Notes: generated by a model from the letters alone, not told the origin. Counted from the first letter of the stretch, positions 12,361-26,354 are shown. The stretch is DNA of 64,000 bases from Gracilinanus agilis (GCF_016433145.1 NC_058131.1:479957186-480021185), one strand, 5' to 3'. Made by a program: numbers and translations.

Positions 12361-14077
12361 ACATCTCAAACAACTCATATGCCTTATCTGAAAACTGATC
12401 CTATACTGGGCAATCAGTTATTGTGTCCATGTTCCTTTGATTGTATACAGACACTTCATGGCAGTGAGACCCTTCTTTTTCTGATTTCAGTGCTTTGTAC
12501 CTGTTTAATCTCCTTTTCCCACTTAAAAAGTTCCTAATCTTTCCTTCAGTGAGTAATCAATTTACCTAATTTTGTATCCTGGTTAATTGTTTTCTTTTAA
12601 TTAATTGGCTTTATTTAGGTAATTGTTTTTAATGCATAAAAGCCTCTTTCTTCCTGTATTTGGAGTCCAGCTCTAAGCTGAAGAAGGGTTCCTGTTCTGA
12701 TTTGTTAGATATTTAACATGCATTGCTTAATAAGTCAATATACTCAGATTGAACCTTTGTTTGCTCATTCATTTAATTTACTCATATAAAATAAAGCTAG
12801 AAACACACCATGTCTTTACATTATCCTTGAGATTATTTGTAATTTTGATTCTTCTGAAATGGTGATATCCCATAATTGGCAACCACACCACATCACCAGC
12901 ACAATATTGATATTAAAGGGATTGCTTTTTATTGTAGTAAGAAACTTATAAGTATTGAAAGAAAACCCAGTGCCATTTAAAAAATGCAGTCCAACATAAT
13001 TTCTTGCCCAATTCCACACCCAGCTCATTGTTCAGCTATAGCCTTTGGCCATCCTATTTTTTTTATATATTAGATTGAACTGACTTCACAGGTTGGTAGT
13101 TCAGCTGCACAGCATAGTCTGGGTAGCATTTTTCTTATCGTTTGTTTTTCCAGTGCAGTTAATAATTTCTTAGCATATAATACCACAGTGCCCAAGTTTA
13201 TTACTTATTTATTACTCTTTTTACCAAGTGATCTCTACTATATTCTCCAAAATATCATGTTTCTGCTTCCATTCTAGTTTAAATAAATACTCTAAACTGT
13301 GCTTTTTTACTCTGGATCCTGGACTTATTCACATGAATATGTGTTTTAAAAATACATGCTATTTCACCCCATATCTCCCCACATATACTACTCCCCCCAC
13401 CCCCCGCTTCTCTGAGTAAGATTCACCCCTTCTATAGATGTGAGTTCCATTCCAGTAAGTTTCAGTGATGGTCAATGAGGTCTCATTTACTTCCTTGCCT
13501 TGAAATTTCTAGTTTACTTTGTTTATTAGTTACTTTTTATTGTCTTCAATTTATATAAAACTCTCTGTCTTGTTATTGTCTCTTGTGAATTACATGGTTT
13601 TTTTTTTCTACTGATGAACTTTCTGCCATTCTTTGTGGTATCTGCCTTAAAAAATACATATGGTCAGTTTTCTTTTTCTCCTTTCAGTCTCAGTTTAAAA
13701 CCCTGTTGATCAAACTCTTGAGATTCTAGGCAAATATATATTACTAGTTCTTATTTGATGTACTTTTGTCTCAAAGCACATCATTTTCACACTTGAAGCT
13801 GTAGTGCTAAAATTTAGATCCCATTCCCAGAAACCATTTTCTCTATCCACTTTTAATGTCAGAAATCTTACTTTTTCCCCTATAGCTCCTTATGTACTGG
13901 CATGATAAGAAACAGCTAACATTCCCATTTTTATCCAGGATTTTGTAATTGAACCATAGCAAGCATTTATTAAACTCTCCCTATATGCCAGGAACTATGC
14001 TGGATTCTGGGGATTCAAAGACACAAATGTATCAGTACCAGCCCAGAAGGGGCTCTACTTTTATTGAGGGAAATTGT

Positions 14078-14080
<3 letters not shown>

Positions 14081-14118
<38 letters not shown>
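14081..14118. repeat. (TG)19 microsatellite inside an antisense L2 fragment (about 13950-14500)
   Basis: Direct reading. Confidence 0.95.
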
Positions 14119-14122
<4 letters not shown>

Positions 14123-15019
14123 ACTTTATACACAGATAAATATGTGTGTATATGCATAATTATATACAAAATGTGATACAAGATGAATAAAAGTCATTGA
14201 GGAGTACTACCAGTTGGGAGGAAGAAAATCAGGAAAAACCTCATGTAAGAGATGGTGAAAGAAACTAAGGGTTCTAAACAGTAGAGTTAATGAGAAAGTA
14301 TATGCCAGGCATGGGGGATACATCCTGTACAAAGAAATGAGATAACGGATGGAATGTCATATGTGAAGAATAGCAAGAAAGCTGGGCTGGCTGTACTGTA
14401 GAATGTGTGAAAGCAAGTGGTGTGTGTGTAGTAAGCCTTGAAGGATAGGCTGGAGCCATTTAAATGCCACACTGAGGAATTTATGTTTAATCCTAGGGGC
14501 AAGAAAAAAATCACTTTATTGAATTGGTAATTTATCCAGGATCAAGCTACCCAGCCAGTAAGTGCCCAAGGTCAAATTCGAATTCAGATCTTCCTTACTC
14601 TAGGCCTGGCACTCTATATACTGCTCCACTAGATGTATATATAAATTAATGAGTAAATATATGTTTTGTGGGAAGGGTGTGCTCAAATTTTTTTTTTTTT
14701 ACCAATATGGCTGTGTGATCAGGAAAGTTTTGGAGACCATGGGCCCAAGACAGTAAAAGGTTAAGTGACTCATCCAGGGTCATGTAGCAAATGTGCGTCA
14801 GTGCCAATACTCAAATCCAACTGTTCCTGTCTGTGAGGCAGTTTTCTGTTCACTCTGTCAGACTGCCTCTCATAGTTCAAAAACAGATATCTCAATAATT
14901 ACCAAATTATTAAATTTTGTAAAAAAATCAATCAATACTATTAAACTGTGATTTCCCTTCGTATGGTCAGAACTACTCATTTACAGATTCTTTATGCTAC
15001 TGCTCTCTTGAAATAAATG

Positions 15020-15380
15020 CACATATCCCTTCCACATAGCAACTTTCCCCATCACAGTTTCAATATACTATGGGTTGGCAGAAGAAATGAAATGGAAATT
15101 TTGTAGGAGTTTTGCGGAAGCTGTAGATGACATGCGAAGGCCAAGAGACAACATAGAAAAAAGTTTAAAAATTGGGAAATGCATAAAATACATTTATAGG
15201 TATGATATCAACATATTTTATCTTTTAATACCATGAATATACACAGTAAATACCCCAAAAAAGAAAAAGAAAAAAAATTCAGATTTCTCTAGTACAAAAG
15301 GGAGGGCCAAAACATTTTACATGTATTTTCCAGATTGCGATGGTGTTGTCCCTAACTCCTGCAATGTGGAAGGAATTCAT
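15020..15380. mobile_element. TcMar-Tigger-type MITE
   Basis: Degenerate terminal inverted repeats cccttccacatagc ... gcaatgtggaagg; about 360 bp, non-coding. Confidence 0.6.
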
Positions 15381-15417
15381 TCCTTTTCATCTAACACTGC
15401 CTTTCATTCAACAGATT

Positions 15418-15977
15418 TTTTTTTTTAATTTTAATTTTTATTGTCCTATAAAACACACTTCAATATTGGTCATTGTTGTAAGAGCAAAGTCATACATAAC
15501 CAAAACCCCAAAATAAAGCCATAAATCTACTGATGTGTGAAAGATGACTCCAACAGTTGTTTCTCTGGAAGTGGACAACATTCCCCATCATAAGTCTTTC
15601 AGGATTGTTCCAGATCATTGCATTGCTGAGAACAGCCACGTTTTCACAGATAATTGTCATCCATTATTGCTGTTATTGTGTATAATGTTCTCCCAATTCT
15701 GCTTATTTCACTCTGCATCAGTTCCTGCAGATTTTTCCAACTTTTTCTGAAATCATCTAGCTTATCATTTCTTGTAGCACAATAGTATTCCATTACCAAC
15801 TTGTACCACAGTTTGTTCAGCCATTCCCCAACTGACAGACATCCCCTTAATTTCCAATTCTTTGCCACCACAAAAAGAGCTGCTATAAATATTTTCGTAT
15901 ACATAGGTCCTTTCCCCTTTTTATTGTCACTTTGGGATACAGACCTAGTAGTGGTATTACTGGATTAAAGGGTATGT
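15418..15977 (-). mobile_element. L1 3' end (ORF2 C-terminus and UTR)
   Basis: Antisense reading gives MYTKIFIAALFVVAKNWK..CLSVGEWLNKLWY, the L1 ORF2 C-terminal motif. Confidence 0.9.
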
Positions 15978-16010
15978 CAATGAATATTTCTTAAGAACTT
16001 GCTAGTTAGG

Positions 16011-16215
16011 GGGGGCAGCTAAATGGCTCAGTGGACAGAGAAGCTTAGAGGTGGGAGGTCTTGAGTTCAAATGTGACCTCAGATGCATGCTTCCTAACTG
16101 TGTGACTCTGGGGAAGTCACTAAACTGCAGTTGCCTGGTTCTTACCACTCTTCTGCCTTGGAACCAATACTTAGTATTGATTCTAACACTGAATATAAGA
16201 GTTTAAAAACAAAAA
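16011..16215 (+). mobile_element. Marsupial SINE with 18-bp TSD
   Basis: gggggcagct head; TSD aagaacttgctagttagg (15993-16010) / aagaacctgctagttagg (16216-16233). Confidence 0.9.
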
Positions 16216-16394
16216 AAGAACCTGCTAGTTAGGTTGTGTTAAAATCTCCAATGTGCCATTCTTGAAGTAACGCTATTTCTCACTTAGTAACTGTTTGCCT
16301 ATCGTATGCTCAAAGGATTTATTCTTTGTGGCTTGCTTGGTAAAGAAGGTTCTACAGAGGTGTTATATATTGTAGATTTGTGGTTATTAGGTAA

Positions 16395-16567
16395 AAATTA
16401 CTTTTTGATTTTTTAAATCCTTACTTTCTGTGTTAGTAATAACTCTACAACAGAAGAGCAAAGGCAGTTGGCATTAAGTGACTTGACATATAGCTAGGAA
16501 GTATCTGAGGCTAGATTTGAACCCAAGTCCTTCCAACTCCATCCCTGGCACCTCTAAGCTGCTCCCA
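16395..16567 (-). mobile_element. Marsupial SINE
   Basis: ttactttctgtgttagtaat...taagtgacttg...gctagatttgaaccc...gctgctcc. Confidence 0.75.
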
Positions 16568-17649
16568 AAATTACTTTTAGTTGTAGTTCACAGTAAATGT
16601 GGAGAACTTTGCTTCTAAAAAGTTCTTTTAGATATATGTCTTTTTTTTGTCTTTTTGGATATAGTTTATCTTTTTTTTTTTAAACTCCCCTGTTTTTCCC
16701 AGATCTGTTTATTTATTGTCTTCTAAGCATTTAATTAACTTACTCTTAACAATTCTGTTATCGTTTGGAAAAGTTAAGTTATATTCAATCTAAACACTTC
16801 TGCTGTGGTATTTCACCAGACATCTTTTTTCAAAGTGATTTAAAGCAGTTTATAATCACTCTTTGCAGTCTTGAGCCCAGTTTTCAATTCATGTGACTCA
16901 TATATCCTAGCCAGTTTTAATTAATTTTGCAAGGAAGATGTCAGGAGGAACTATCACATGCTTTCCTATAATCAAATCATTTTCCTCTATTAGGTTGTCT
17001 TTACCCACTAATCTTGGTTTTCTGTCACAGCAAAACACAAAAATTTCTTTAGCATGGTTAGTACCTTAACCATACTTATAGATTCTTAGTGTGTGTGGCC
17101 CAGCTAATCTCTTTATGCTTATGGATTTTCTGATTTATCTCTTTCCCCCATTTGTTTATATCTTAATGCCGTTTTTTTCTTAAAGCAGGATATACTACCT
17201 GGTAAATGTAACAGACCAGGTAGTATGACCTGACTCACACTTTAATACTTGGATATGTTCGTGTTCTCATCAGTGTGGGTACCACCTGAACTCTGATAGT
17301 TATTTCTTACCTTAGAATATGAGGTCCCAGGTTTTTGCCCTTTTACCCCAGCTCTAAGCACAATTTCAGACAAATAGTAGACAATTAATAAGTGCTTAAT
17401 GATTGTCAATCAACATCAGCACTTATTAATCAGAGAATCTACTTATTCAGTAGAGGCCTTCTTTAAGGTCTTTTCATTACTGCCTTTGCAACATTGGGGC
17501 TTTGTCATCCCTTGCTCTTAGTACAGAACAGCCCTATCTTCTTTTCTGATCATCCAGGTACGTCTTGATGCCTTTTATCCCTCTTCTCATGGCCAATTGG
17601 CTACCAATCACATTTTCTACAGCCAACTTTTACTCGTCCTATAATTTTT

Positions 17650-17820
17650 TCCCCAGCACTTACTTTCTGTGTTAGTAACAGTTCTAAGACAGAAGGACAG
17701 AAGTTAGGCAATTGGAGTTAAGTGACTTGCCCAGGACCATATAGCTAGGAGGTAACTAAGGCTAGATTTGTACCCAGATCTTCCTGACTCTAGGCTTATC
17801 CACCATGCCACTTAGTTATC
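17650..17820 (-). mobile_element. Marsupial SINE
   Basis: tactttctgtgttagtaacagttctaagacagaag...taagtgacttgcccagg. Confidence 0.75.
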
Positions 17821-17909
17821 CCTCATCCTGTATCTTTCTATATTGCCTTTGCCTTTCCTTACAGTTTTCTTCTAAAATCATAGTTTTCCATAGATTCATA
17901 GTCATTGAA

Positions 17910-18900
17910 CATCACCTAGAAAACACTGTTGTTTAAAAAAGAAAGTGGTCCTACCAAGGTAGATTCCAAAATCATACATGACTTTGACATAAAAGCTGAC
18001 ATCAATAAGAAAAATTAAAGGAACAAGAAAGGAATTACAGCTAATGATACATCACATCTAATGATAGGGGAAATATTCATAAGCAAACAAGGAGTAGAGA
18101 GGATCATAGAAAATAAGATGGACAGTTCTAATTACATAAAATAAAGTATGTGTACAAACAACCAATGCAACTAAAGTTAGAAAGGAGATGTATAACTAGA
18201 AAAAAAATCATTGTAGTTATTTCCCAGTAGACATAAACAGGCACTTATTAAAGAAAGAAATCCAAGCTATCAACTATCATGGGAAAAAATGTTTCAGATC
18301 ACTAACAATTAGTGAAATACAAATTAAAGCAACTTATGTTTTATCCCTTATACAGATTGGCAAAAATGGAAAATAACACTTGTAGGAGCTTCAAAAACAT
18401 AGTGCAAAACTAGTGCACTGTTTGCAGAGCTGTGAATTTTGTTCTGGAAAGCATTTCAGAAGCATACTCTTTGACCCAGTTATACTACTATTATATACCT
18501 CAATGAAATCAAAGAATGGAAAAGGATTCCTATACAAAAATATCATAATAAAGAACTCGAAGTTAGGGGGATTTCCTTTCTCTATGGAGTGTGACTTAAT
18601 GTGATTTGCCACAAGAAGTGAAGAAATAGACTATTTAGAAATTTAGGAAGAGAATAAAGTAAGCAAAACTAAGAACAATGTATAAAAATTAAAAAAAAGT
18701 TCTAAAAAAACCTTAGTTGAGTATATGTTGTGGAGTTTTGGTTTTATAAGATTAGTCACTTACAAAAATGAACAATATGGAAATAGGTTTTGCATGGTAA
18801 TACATGTCTAACCCATATGGAATTGCTTACCAGCTCCAGGAGGGGGGAGGGAATGAGTGAGGGAGACAATTTGGATCATGTAACTTCCAAAGATTTATGT
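17910..18900 (+). mobile_element. Degraded L1 ORF2 3' region and 3' UTR
   Basis: gcaaacaaggagtagagaggat, tttgacccagttatactacta, and the marsupial L1 tail. Confidence 0.7.
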
Positions 18901-19210
18901 GGAAATTTATTACATGTAATTGGTTAAAAATAAATTTAAAAAACTTTTAAAAAGTCTTAATATCAATGCAGTGACCAACAGTCATCCAGAGTAATGATGA
19001 AATATGTTACTCACCCACTGAGAGAGAGATGATGAACACAAAATGTAAAAATAAGGTAGACATTTTCAGACTTGACTATTTGTTGTAAGACCTTGGTTTC
19101 TTTTTTCCTTTCCAGTTTGAGTTTGGAAATGGGAGGCAGAAGTGGGATAGGGATAAAGTGTCAAGAAAGAAGAGAGTCATTAACCCATCTTTTAAAAAAT
19201 ATACCCAACA

Positions 19211-19589
19211 GGGCAACCAGATAGCAGAGTAGATAGAGAGTCAGGCCTGGAGTTGGGAAGAGTTGGGTTCAAATGTGACCTCTGATACTCCCTAGCTATA
19301 TGTTGTTGGCAAGTCACTTAAACCTGATTTCCTAGGCCAGGGGCATGAGAGCCATAAACGCCACATTTTTTAAAATGTAATTTCGTGAGAACCGTACATT
19401 GCCCACAGTGCGCGCTCATGTAACAGCGCCTGAAAAAAAATTGACTTTATGGCTCCTGCAGAAAGAGCCATATCTGGTCCTCAAAAGAGCCAGATATGGC
19501 TCGAGAGCCATATGTTGCTGACCCCTGTCCTAGCCCTTACCACTCTTCTATCTTAAAATTGTTACTAAGACAAAAGATAAGGTAAAAAA
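19211..19589 (+). mobile_element. Marsupial SINE split by a DNA transposon
   Basis: Head to 19337; resumes at 19528 with cctagcccttaccactcttc. Confidence 0.8.
19338..19527. mobile_element. hAT/Charlie-type MITE (190 bp)
   Basis: Termini cagggg ... gttgctgacccctg; 8-bp TSD tcctaggc / tcctagcc; CpGs retained. Confidence 0.8.
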
Positions 19590-21394
19590 TCCATTTGCAC
19601 AGAAGGAGAACAAAAAGATTGAAAAAGGAAGAAGTACAGATAGTAAGACAGCTTTGAAAGTTGCAAGTTGAATTTATTATATATTTTTAAAGAAAAGCAA
19701 GCTGTACAGGATTGAGAGCCACAATTGAATGAAGAATAATCTTTCCCCCTTCTACTATGTATTTATGAAATGCCCATTTTTATTGTCAAAATTCAAAATT
19801 AAAAAGATTAAGATGGTCTTTTCCAAAATTTAGGTGTATAAGTCAAGGGTTCAGGTGATATCGTTTAATATGTCAATTTATCAGCATCAGCAACATACAG
19901 TGTTTAAAACTTAATTGTCTTGTGTTTAGATTTTTCAAAGAAATTGATTTTTCCTGACTTAAAAAAAAGTTACTAGTAAACCGAATAACCACCAATAGAA
20001 AGAAACATATTTATAAGAAGCAGCCCTTTCTATCTCGTTCCTAGTCAAAGCAGTACCAAAAAAATGAACAAATAAGAAATAAAATACTTTTGTCTACATC
20101 CCCTTCCAGGCAATTCTAACACCTTGAGCCTTGGCTTTTTCCTCCTTTATTCCTTCCTCCCCCTCTTCTTCCACTGTTACTCTGCAAGTATATATAATTC
20201 AGTCTGCATGCATAGGTTCCATTATTCCTTAGGTTGCATTTTTATTATGTTAAATATTCAGCCATTTACTTAGTCATTCTCCAGTTGTTGGCATGAATTT
20301 AAAATACATACATACATATATATATATATGAAATAATTTTCAGAAAGTTCAAATGATTCCAATCATTTAGTTATAATGGTAGTTTAAAGTTTTAGGAAGG
20401 CTAAAGCCTAAGTAGATGATTATTAGTTATTGCTAATTTGATAGACATGATTTTATTTTTGACATGGAACTATGCATTCAACTTTAAATGTAGGTGATCT
20501 CTCTGGGGAGAGTTAGGCTGATGGATCTTCTTTTCTGCCAGTCCCTTATGGCATCTTTGGAACGCAGGTGTTGCTTATATGACACTGGCATTTGGGGACT
20601 CAAGCATGTACCTCTGATCAGAGCTTAAATTCTAAAAACCACTCAGGCTAGTGCCTCTCCTGGGGAAGATGCGATCATTGACTGTCTATGCTAAAAAACT
20701 AATTATCAACTTGCAGCAAATTTCATTCAGCCCAAATCCCTCTAGGATAAAGTATAGGTGACGAATGTTCCCAGGGTGAGGGCTGAGCTGTCACTTGACT
20801 GTTTAATGGATTGTGTATATGTAGGTTTAGAAATTTATACTTTCTTCCTTATTGTCTGATTCACCTGAACAAATACTCAAAGCAAAAAAGAAATGTATTT
20901 GATTTTCATAAATCTGGAAGGTTTTTTTGGTGGAGCATATGTAGCCACTAAGCAGTAAGGAAATTATTTTGATGGATCTTGGATTTTGGAGAGGGGGTAG
21001 AAGATGAGAGCTCTTCTTTTTGCCTTTAAATAGTCTAGAAGACCAGCAGCCATTCACGGGTCTGATCCTCTTAATGATTGTCATGGAAGCTTTGACCTAC
21101 TTCATTTCTGACCTGGTGATCCCTTAAGCAGCCTGGTGGTTCCTCCTCCTGGAAACTTGCCATATTGATTCTAGATTTAGTGCAAACATCTATATGGCTA
21201 GATGTTAGCCAGTGTGTCTGAAATGATCTACTAGCTTCAGTCACCTCAGTGACAGGTGTTGTACCACATACATCTTGTTTGATAGATCTTAAAGCATTTA
21301 TGATAAACAACTCTCCACTGACTTCTTTTTCATTATTATGTTACTTTTGAGATGAACATTTTAAGTTAAGGTACAACCTAGGACCAATGTTTGG

Positions 21395-21610
21395 CAGTTA
21401 TAGAAAGGTAGATTTCAACTTGATGTTTAGACAAACTTTCTAATAACTAGAGCTGTCATACAAATGGAATGGGCTGCTTTATTATAAGGTAGCCAACTTT
21501 CTATACCTAGTGGTAATTAAGCAGAGGCTAGATGAGCATGTACTCCTCAAAGTTGCCACCAGTGAGCAAGAATTTGGATTAGATGGCCTGTCCTGGCCCT
21601 TTCAACTCTT
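21395..21610 (+). mobile_element. CR1/L3 3' end
   Basis: aaactttctaataactagagctgtc..aaatggaatgggctgc...aagcagaggctagatg...ttggattagatggcc. Confidence 0.7.
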
Positions 21611-22814
21611 ACACCAGGATTCAGTGATATCCTTTCAATAAAGAGCTTTAAAACTAGGTAAAAATTTCATCTTATCTCCAGGTTGAACTCAGTTCAAAAT
21701 TTCCTTGCTTTCTCCTGGTCTTACAGTTTTGTGATTTGTATTAATTGTAAAGAGGTAAGTAATACACTTAATATTTTCGCCATTCGTAAAATGGTGGTCC
21801 CATACAGGAACTATTTATTCAGAGAAGGCTTGGAAAAACCTAGAGAGTTAGGAATGGAGAATTTAAACAAAGGCAAAATAAAGGCCTTGCTCTCAAAGAG
21901 TAAACATTCTAATGAGGGAGACATGTAAAAATAACTACGTATGCAAGATATATGCAAAGTAGATGGAAAGTAAACTGAAAGGGGAGCTGTTAGCTACTGG
22001 TTGGGGGGGGCAGGGTAAAGGAGAAGAAAGAACATTGAGATAATCAAAATTGTTTAAAACAAAGATCTAATATTGTTTGTACTGGAGGAAACTTTGGAAG
22101 CTTTCCAGTATGACCAGGAGTCAAGCATGTTAACATTATTATTTACTATTAACATTATTATTTAACGAAGTAGTTGCACATTTTAGCTACAGCAATTAGA
22201 CAAGAAAAAGAAATTAAGGGAATTAGTATTTTTTAAGAGAAGGCAGAATTATTTCTATTTGTTAATATGATAACTTATTTAGAAAATGCTAGATAATTGT
22301 CCAAAAATAGAGATAATTGTATCAACAAAATAAATCCATAAATTTTTTAAATTTCTGCATATTATGAATAGAAACTTCAAAGAATCAATAGAAAAATAAT
22401 ATTTAAAATGATAAAATGCATTAAATATCTGGATTGTTAAACTACTAATACACTTTTAGTTAAAGACAGCTACAAAACAGGTTTTCATAGAAATATGAAA
22501 GGAAATTAAATAATTTAAAAGATTGTATCACCATGCTAAATTAATATATAATTCAAGTCAATGTACATATTTCAATGGAATACTGAACAGATTATCCAAG
22601 AAATATTTTTAAAAGAATGCAAGAAAAATAAAATCATTGTGGAAGAACAAAAGGTTCAAGAATATTTAGGGAAATAATAGTGGTTTTTTGTTTTTTTTTA
22701 AGGAATGAAGGCAAGCAAATAAATATAAGATAATTTGAAGAGTCCACTAACAACATAAAGGATCTGGAAATGCTCCTTATATAAATTGGTCCATTTGTTT
22801 TTAGAAAACAGTTT

Positions 22815-23045
22815 AGGGGTGACTTAGTGGATAGAGAGCCAAGCCTAAAGATTGGAGGGTTCTGGGTTCAAATATGACCTCGAGACACTTCCTAGCTTTG
22901 TGACCCTGGGCAAGTCCCTTAACTCCCATTGCCTGCCCTTATTGATACTTAGCATCAATTCTAAGACAGAAGGTAAGGTGGGTTTTTTTTTTGTTTGTTT
23001 GTTTGTTTGTTTGTTTGTTTGTTTTTTAAGGAAGAAAAGAAAATA
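22815..23045 (+). mobile_element. Marsupial SINE with (GTTT)n tail
   Basis: gtggatagagagccaagcc...gggttcaaatatgacctc...gtgaccctgggcaagtc; GTTT run at about 22993-23024. Confidence 0.8.
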
Positions 23046-23399
23046 ATTTGAATTTATACAAGAATAGTTAGAAATTTTTTCATAACTTTTAGAAAAGACC
23101 TACCTCCATAGCATTATTTATGATAGAAAAATGTTGGAAACAAACTCTATGGCCAACTATTAGGAAAATGGCTAACCAAATTGGGATATATGAAAGTAAT
23201 GGAATGTTACTGTACCATAAGGATCTGTAAATATCAGTAATTCATAGATATTATGTGGGAAGTTCTATGTGAAGTGATATGGGATATCCAGAAGAGAACA
23301 CAGTCCCCAAACTCCACTTGCCATCAAACTTAGTTCTAACATGGATACCACTAGTCATTCAACATAATATACTGTTAATTATTTTTTCCCCTTTTTATC

Positions 23400-24480
23400 A
23401 TTACAATTTTAGTTTTTTGTTATGAACTTAATGAACAACATAGATATCTCACTATACATACAAAGAATATATATATACACATATATGAAACTGTGAACAT
23501 GTTTTTATTAAACTTAATGTGATACAAAACTGCCCTGCTTTTGTTCTCGCCCGAATATCTTTCTATTCTTTTAAAATATTTTATTGATTTTTTTCTCTCA
23601 ATAGTCTTGTTTTGCTATCACTATCCACCAACTTCCCTGCTCCCAAATGGAAGCCCTTCCTTGTAACCAATATGTATAGTCAAACAAAACAAACAGCACA
23701 TTGGCAATGCCTAATAATATTTTGTGATTTACCTCTTATTCATCACTTCTCTGCCAAATGATAGGAAATGTGCTTTATCATCAGTTTTCTGAAGTCATTA
23801 TTTGTTTATTGGAATTCTAAAATCTTTCAAAGTTGTTTTTGTTTACATTATGATAATCATTGTATAAATTGAACTTTCAGCTCTATTCAGTTCTTTCTAC
23901 GTCAAGTTAATAAAATTCTCCCCATGTTTTTCTGAATCTGTTATACCAATTTCTTATAGCACAATAATATTCCATTACATTATTATGCCATAATTTGCTT
24001 AGCTCTTCCTTGATTAATGGATACCTTGTTGGGTTTCCAGTTATTTGTTATAGGAAAAAATGGTGCTATAAATATTTTTGTATTTATGGCCTCTTGATCT
24101 CTTTTGGTATATCCAAAGAACTAGTCATCTAGTACTGATAATTGCTGGATAAGAGTATTTGCATTTGTGACTTTTTGGTTATAGTGCTGAATACTTCCCA
24201 GAATTGCTTGGGGTCAGTTCAGTTCCACCAACGATGTATGTCTGTCCTCTTGAACTGCCATTTTTTGGGTCATCTTTGCCAATCTGATGGATGGAAAACA
24301 GCTTCACAGTTGTTTTAATTTGCATTTGCATTTATTTTATTATTATTTGGATTATTTTTCACCTGACCATTGAAATGTTATTTATTCCATTACATTAAAC
24401 TTCTTAAATCCTCCCCAAATCTTGTTTCTAGTCTTATAGATTCTTCCTTTGTATCTCCTTATATGATTTTTAAGTCTATC
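23400..24480 (-). mobile_element. Old degraded L1 3' region
   Basis: gcacaataatattccattac, gctataaatattttt, tttgccaatctgatgg, ttttaatttgcatt. Confidence 0.6.
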
Positions 24481-25879
24481 TTAAGGGTCTAGAATATATA
24501 TGTGCTCATTCTCCTAAAAATTTAGTTGTTCTTACAGTATTGTTCCTTCCTTCTGGAGATCTGCCATTCCCCCTCCCCGCCCCCACCCCGTTTTTTTTTT
24601 TCTGTTGTATTTATTAGTTATGCTGCCTCATATCTTTCATCTTTCTCTTACTTTTTCAAGGAATATTTTTCCTGTGTGTCCTTTCTCCCACCCCACCCTC
24701 CTTTGCTATTTTTCATACTCTTCTGTTTGTATCACGCTTTGGCACTTTATTGTATACCGTTTTATTTTTATTTAAATGTTTCATATGTTAGGCTCTAAGT
24801 TTTCTGGAGTGGGAAAAGAGAATTATTCTTTTTTCGTATCTTCACAATTGCAGGCTGTCATAGGTATCAATAAAACTAGAGGTCTGTATGATATTATTTC
24901 AGTTTCTATATCTGTAAAACAGGGATAATAAGAGCACCTTGCTTAGTGGGTTGTTGTGAGAATAAAATGAGATTATATGAGGTAAAGCTTTTGGTATACA
25001 CCTATCTATATTAGCTGTATTATCATTGTTGTTATTTTTACAAGGTTCCCTTTTCATTTATACCAGGGGCTTCTCGATGAATTTTAGTGATGCTGTGGGG
25101 TGAAGAAAGAAGTTGCTTACTATAATTTCTCAATTATTTCTTAATCATGGTTTGGTCTGGTATTATTTTTAGGTTTTTGTTAGGAGGTTTGTGAGAGCTA
25201 TGTGACTTGCTTTCCTTTTGGGAATCATCTTGTTTAGAAGGCTTTTCTCTCATTTTGCAGGCAAGGTTAAATTTCTTGCTCAAGTTCACAGGTACAGTAA
25301 GTAGAAGAAGTGGGATTAGAACCTAGATCTTGAAATTCAACTATGTACTTGAAAATATCATAAATATCAGTTTGCAACTCTATGATGCCTTTCACTCATA
25401 CATTTCAAATCACATTAGAAAATATTTCTGCCCTCTTCCAGAAAGGCAGGCACTACCTTTCTTCAGGTTTGTATTATTAAAGTGATATATCCTCAATCAT
25501 GAATAATTTGGTGGTAGATGTATGAGTCTCTTAAATTCCAGTTTTCCACTGCAGGTTCTATAGTTAAGATAGTTGTCGCTTTTCTGGGTTTAATTATTGT
25601 GGTTTAATATAACATTTTGCAATTTACTGAGTATCCGTGTATGTTTCTATCTGTCAAGTGGCCTTATTTTTATTGGCTTTCTGTTGTATCTTAAATTTGT
25701 GAATTTTAGGATTTTCTTAAACTCTTAATCTGTATTTCAAAAGTAATCTATCTTTATTTGATCTTTCAGGGTATCTAGGTTCTTAGGCACAAAGATAGAT
25801 ATACAGTAGATATACACTAAAAGATCAAATGCAGATCTCTTTTCAATTACTGTTATTACTTTCTTGGATTAGAGAAATA

Positions 25880-26152
25880 AAAGCATTTGAATCTTTATTT
25901 TTGTTGCTCAGTCATTCCTTAGTCTTGTTTGACTCTTCATGACCCCTTTTGGAATTTTGTTGGAAAGATACTAATTTGTCATTTCCTTTTCCAGCTCATC
26001 TTTCAAATGAGGAAACTGAGGTAAATAGTCTTAAATGACTTGCCCAGGGTCATTCAGGTAGGAAGCGTCTGAGGCCAGATTTGAACTCGGGGAAAATGAG
26101 TCTTCTTGACTTGAGGCCTGGCACTCTTTCCTCTCTGCCACTTAGCTGTCCT
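25880..26152 (-). mobile_element. MAR1 SINE
   Basis: ttgctcagtcatt...gactcttcatgacccc...gaggaaactgagg...gatttgaactc...gccacttagctgtcc. Confidence 0.8.
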
Positions 26153-26354
26153 GGGTCTTTATTGGTGAGATCTATTCACAGTCCTCTAAATAATAAATTA
26201 AGACTAAAGACTAATAATTAAGATTTAAAGTATTAAAGAATAAAAACAGGTGTTCCTGAGAGCCCTGAAAAATCACTTTTTTATGTTTTGGCAAATATTA
26301 AAAGAAAAAGTCATTTGTTATTCTGGCCATGTGTACTGCCATCCTTACTGAAAG

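Noticed and set aside
25261-25300. Apparent acceptor/donor pair
   Set aside because: The sequence is a decayed antisense MIR core.
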